Part shown: in pieces, positions 60,599-64,000 of the stretch | How positions within the stretch are numbered: the first letter of the stretch is position 1 | Layout of the letters: each line of letters starts with the position of its first letter | DNA from: Eledone cirrhosa | Lineage: Eukaryota | Direction: 5' to 3' | Length of the DNA: 64,000 nt | Assembly: GCA_964016885.1 (NCBI GenBank) | Contig: OZ024741.1 | Location: 264,926,001-264,990,000, forward strand | Notes under the pieces: generated by a model | What the model saw: the letters and a program-made list of their open reading frames with translations, nothing else | Told to the model about the DNA's origin: nothing | Databases searched by the model: none | Translations under genes and position numbers: made by a program

Positions 60599-62420
60599 GT
60601 TATCCCCGCAGCCCCAGTCATAAAATATATATGTTATCCCCGCAGCCCCTGTCATACAATATATATGTTATCACCGCAGCCCCAGCCATACAATATATAT
60701 GTTATCACCGCAGCCCCAGCCATACAATATATATGTTATCCCCGCAGCCCCTGTCATACAATATATATGTTATCACCGCAGCCCCAGCCATACAATATAT
60801 ATGTTATCACCGCAGCCCCTGTCATACAATATATATATGTTATCCCCGCAGCCCCTGTCATACAATATATATATGTTATCACCGCAGCCCCTGTCATACA
60901 ATATATATATGTTATCCCCGCAGCCCTTGTCATACAATATATATATATATGTTATCCCCGCAGCCCCTGTCATACAATATATATGTTATCCCCGCAGTCC
61001 CTGTCATGCAATATGTATGTTATCCCCGCAGCCCCTGTCATACAATATATATGTTATCACCGCAGCCCTTGTCATACAATATATATATGTTGTCACCGCA
61101 GCCCCTGTCATACAATATATATATGTTATCCCCGCAGCCCCTGTCATACAATATATATGTTATCACCGCAGCCCCTGTCATACAATATATATGTTATCCC
61201 CGCAGCCCCTGTCATACAATATATATGTGTTATCACCGCAGCCCCTGTCATACAATATATATGTTATCACCGCAGCCCCTGTCATACAATATATATGTGT
61301 TATCACCGCAGCCCCTGTCATACAATATATATATGTTATCCACGCAGCCCCTGTCATACAATATATATGCTATCCCCGCAGCCCCTGCCATACAATATAT
61401 ATGTTATCACCGCAGCCCCTGCCATACAATATATATGTTATCACCGCAGCCCCTGCCATACAATATATATATGTTATCACCGCAGCCCCTGTCATACAAT
61501 ATATATATGTTATCACCGCAGCCCCTGTCATACAATATATATATGTTATCACCGCAGCCCCTGTCATACAATATATATATGTTATCCCCGCAGCCCCTGT
61601 CATACAATATATATATATATGTTATCCCCGCAGCCCCTGTCATACAATATATATGTTATCACCGCAACCCCTGTCATACAATATATATGCTATCACCGCA
61701 GCCCCTGTCATACAATATATGTTATCTCCGCAGCCCCTGTCACACAATATACATGTTATCCCCGCATCCCCTGTCATACAATATATATGTTATCCCCGCA
61801 TCCCCTGTCATACAATATATGTTATCCCCGCAGCTCTTGTCATACAATATATATGTTATCCCCGCACCCCTGTCATACAATATATATGTTATCCCCGCAG
61901 CCCCTGTCATACAATATATATATATGTTATCCCCGCAGCCCCTGTCATACAATATATATATGTTATCCACGCAGCCCCTGTCATACAATATATATGCTAT
62001 CCCCGCAGCCCCTGTCATACAATATATATGCTATCCCCGCAGCACCTGTCATACAATATATATATGTTATCCCCGCAGCCCCTGTCATACAATATATATA
62101 TGTTATCCACGCAGCCCCTGTCATACAATATATATGCTATCCCCGCAGCCCCTGTCATACAATATACATGTTATCCCCGCATCCCCTGTCATACAATATA
62201 TATGCTATCCCCGCAGCCCCTGTCATACAATATATATATGTTATCCCCGCAACCCCTGTCATACAATATATATATGTTATCCCCGCAGCCCCTGTCATAC
62301 AATATACATGTTATCCCCGCATCCCCTGTCATACAATATATATGCTATCCCCGCAGCCCCTGTCATACAATATATATGTTATCCCCGCAGCCCCTGTCAT
62401 ACAATATATATATGTTATCC
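60599..62420. repeat. Minisatellite, about 30-36-bp unit GTTATC(C/A)CCGCAGCCCCTGTCATACA(AT)n
   Basis: More than 50 tandem copies; a two-unit relative lies at 59323-59392. Confidence 0.95.
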
Positions 62421-62663
62421 ATATCACAGGATCATATATTAGAGAGCAGGCACATAGCGATTGAATCTACATTATCAATATTCATACATCGATCCTGATG
62501 GGACGAAGTACAAATCAGCCTGGGCTACATTTGAATGTATATAGATTAATTCATCGCCATCTTCTCCAGTATCATCACTACCTCTATATCGCTAGTGTTA
62601 CACTTGCTACTTTTATGGTAGAAACCATTTTAAAATCTTCTTAATCTATCTGGGTAAATGTCT

Positions 62664-62665
<2 letters not shown>

Positions 62666-62758
<93 letters not shown>

Positions 62759-62916
62759 TATGTGTGTAGGTATGTGTAGGTGTGCGTGTGTGTGAGAGGG
62801 AGAGAGAGAGAGAGACATAGTGAGTTTTTGTGTGTGTGTGTACAGATGTGTGTGTGTAAGAGAGAGAGAGAGAGAGACATAGTGAGTTTTTGTGTGTGTG
62901 TGTACAGATGTGTGTG

Positions 62917-62965
<49 letters not shown>

Positions 62966-63062
62966 GTGAATGCTTGTGTGTGTATACTGATGTGTGTGTG
63001 TAAGAGAGAGAGACATAGTGAGTGTTTGTGTGTGTGTGTGTGTGTGTGTACAGATGTGTGTG

Positions 63063-63113
<51 letters not shown>

Positions 63114-64000
63114 GTGAATGCTTGTGTGTGTATACTGATGTGTGTGTGTAAGAGAGAGAGACATAGTGAGTGTTTGTGTGTGTGTGTGTGTACAGATGTG
63201 TGTGTGTGTGTACAGATGTGTGTGTGTAAGGGAGAGAGAGAGACATAGTGAATGTTTGTGTGTATGTGTGTACAGATGTGTGTGTGTGTGTGTGTGAGAC
63301 ATAGTGAGTTTTTGTGTGTGTGTAGGTGTGTGTGTGTGTGTGTGAGAGACATAGTGAGTGTTTGTGTGTGTAGGTGCGTGTGTGAGTGTGTGTGAGAGAG
63401 ACATAGTGAGTGTTTGTGTGTGTGTAGGTGTGTGTGTGTGAGAGAGAGATATAGTGAGTGTTTGTGTGTGTGTAGGTGTGTGTGAGTGTGTGTGAGAGAC
63501 ATAGTGAGTGTTTGTGTGAGTGTGTGTGAGAGACATAGTGAGTGTTTGTGTGTGTGTGTAGGTGTGTGTGTGAGAGAGAGACATAGTGAGTGTTTGTGTG
63601 TGTGTAGGTGTGTGTGAGTGTGTGTGAGAGACATGGTGAGTGTTTGTGTGTGTGTGTAGGTGTGTGTGTGTGAGAGAGACATAGTGAGTGTTTGTGTGTG
63701 TGTGAGAGAGAGACAGACATAGTGAGTGTTTGTGTGTGTGTAGGTGTGTGTGTGTGAGAGGGAGACAGACATAGTGAGTGTTTGCTTGTGTGTGTAGGTG
63801 TGTGTGTGTGAGAGAGAGACATAGTGAGTGTGTGTGTGTAGGTGTGTGTGTGTGTGAGAGAGAGACATAGTGAGTGTTTGTGTGTGTGTAGGTGCGTGTG
63901 TGAGTGTGTGAGAGAGACATGGTGAGTGTTTGTGTGTGTGTAGGTGTGTGTGTGAGTGTGTGTGAGAGACATAGTGAGTGTTTGTGCGTGTGTAGGTGTG
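62666..64000. repeat. Compound (TG)n/(AG)n minisatellite with ACATAGTGAG spacers
   Basis: Direct reading. Confidence 0.95.

Noticed and set aside
60460-63972. Long ORFs of 400-660 aa in several frames
   Set aside because: They are translations of stop-free minisatellites, not genes.

Overview
Repeat-rich animal genomic DNA, most likely from an octopod cephalopod (inferred from the abundant Nin-domain tRNA-SINE, dense (TA)n/(TATG)n/(GAA)n microsatellites and the LINE repertoire). 1-22.8 kb is a solid nest of non-LTR retrotransposons joined by microsatellites: two near-identical head-to-tail Tx1 (L1-clade) copies (one intact), a Dong/R4-clade element inside (TAA)n, an RTE with C-terminal C2H2 fingers, repeated copies of a bipartite non-autonomous RTE derivative with (TATG)n tails, and R4-clade elements that always sit in (CATA)n. 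23-38 kb and 50-61 kb hold SINEs, MITEs, fold-back repeats and many hammerhead-ribozyme motifs of Penelope/retrozyme type, some atypical. The only host gene found is a minus-strand, three-coding-exon TPPP/p25-alpha family gene (570 aa predicted). It has an unusual long Ser/Pro tail with tandem SxIP (EB-binding-like) and KSP motifs, and two RFX X-boxes at its probable promoter. Most other ORFs in the supplied track are microsatellite or antisense artefacts. All folds and alignments were done by eye.
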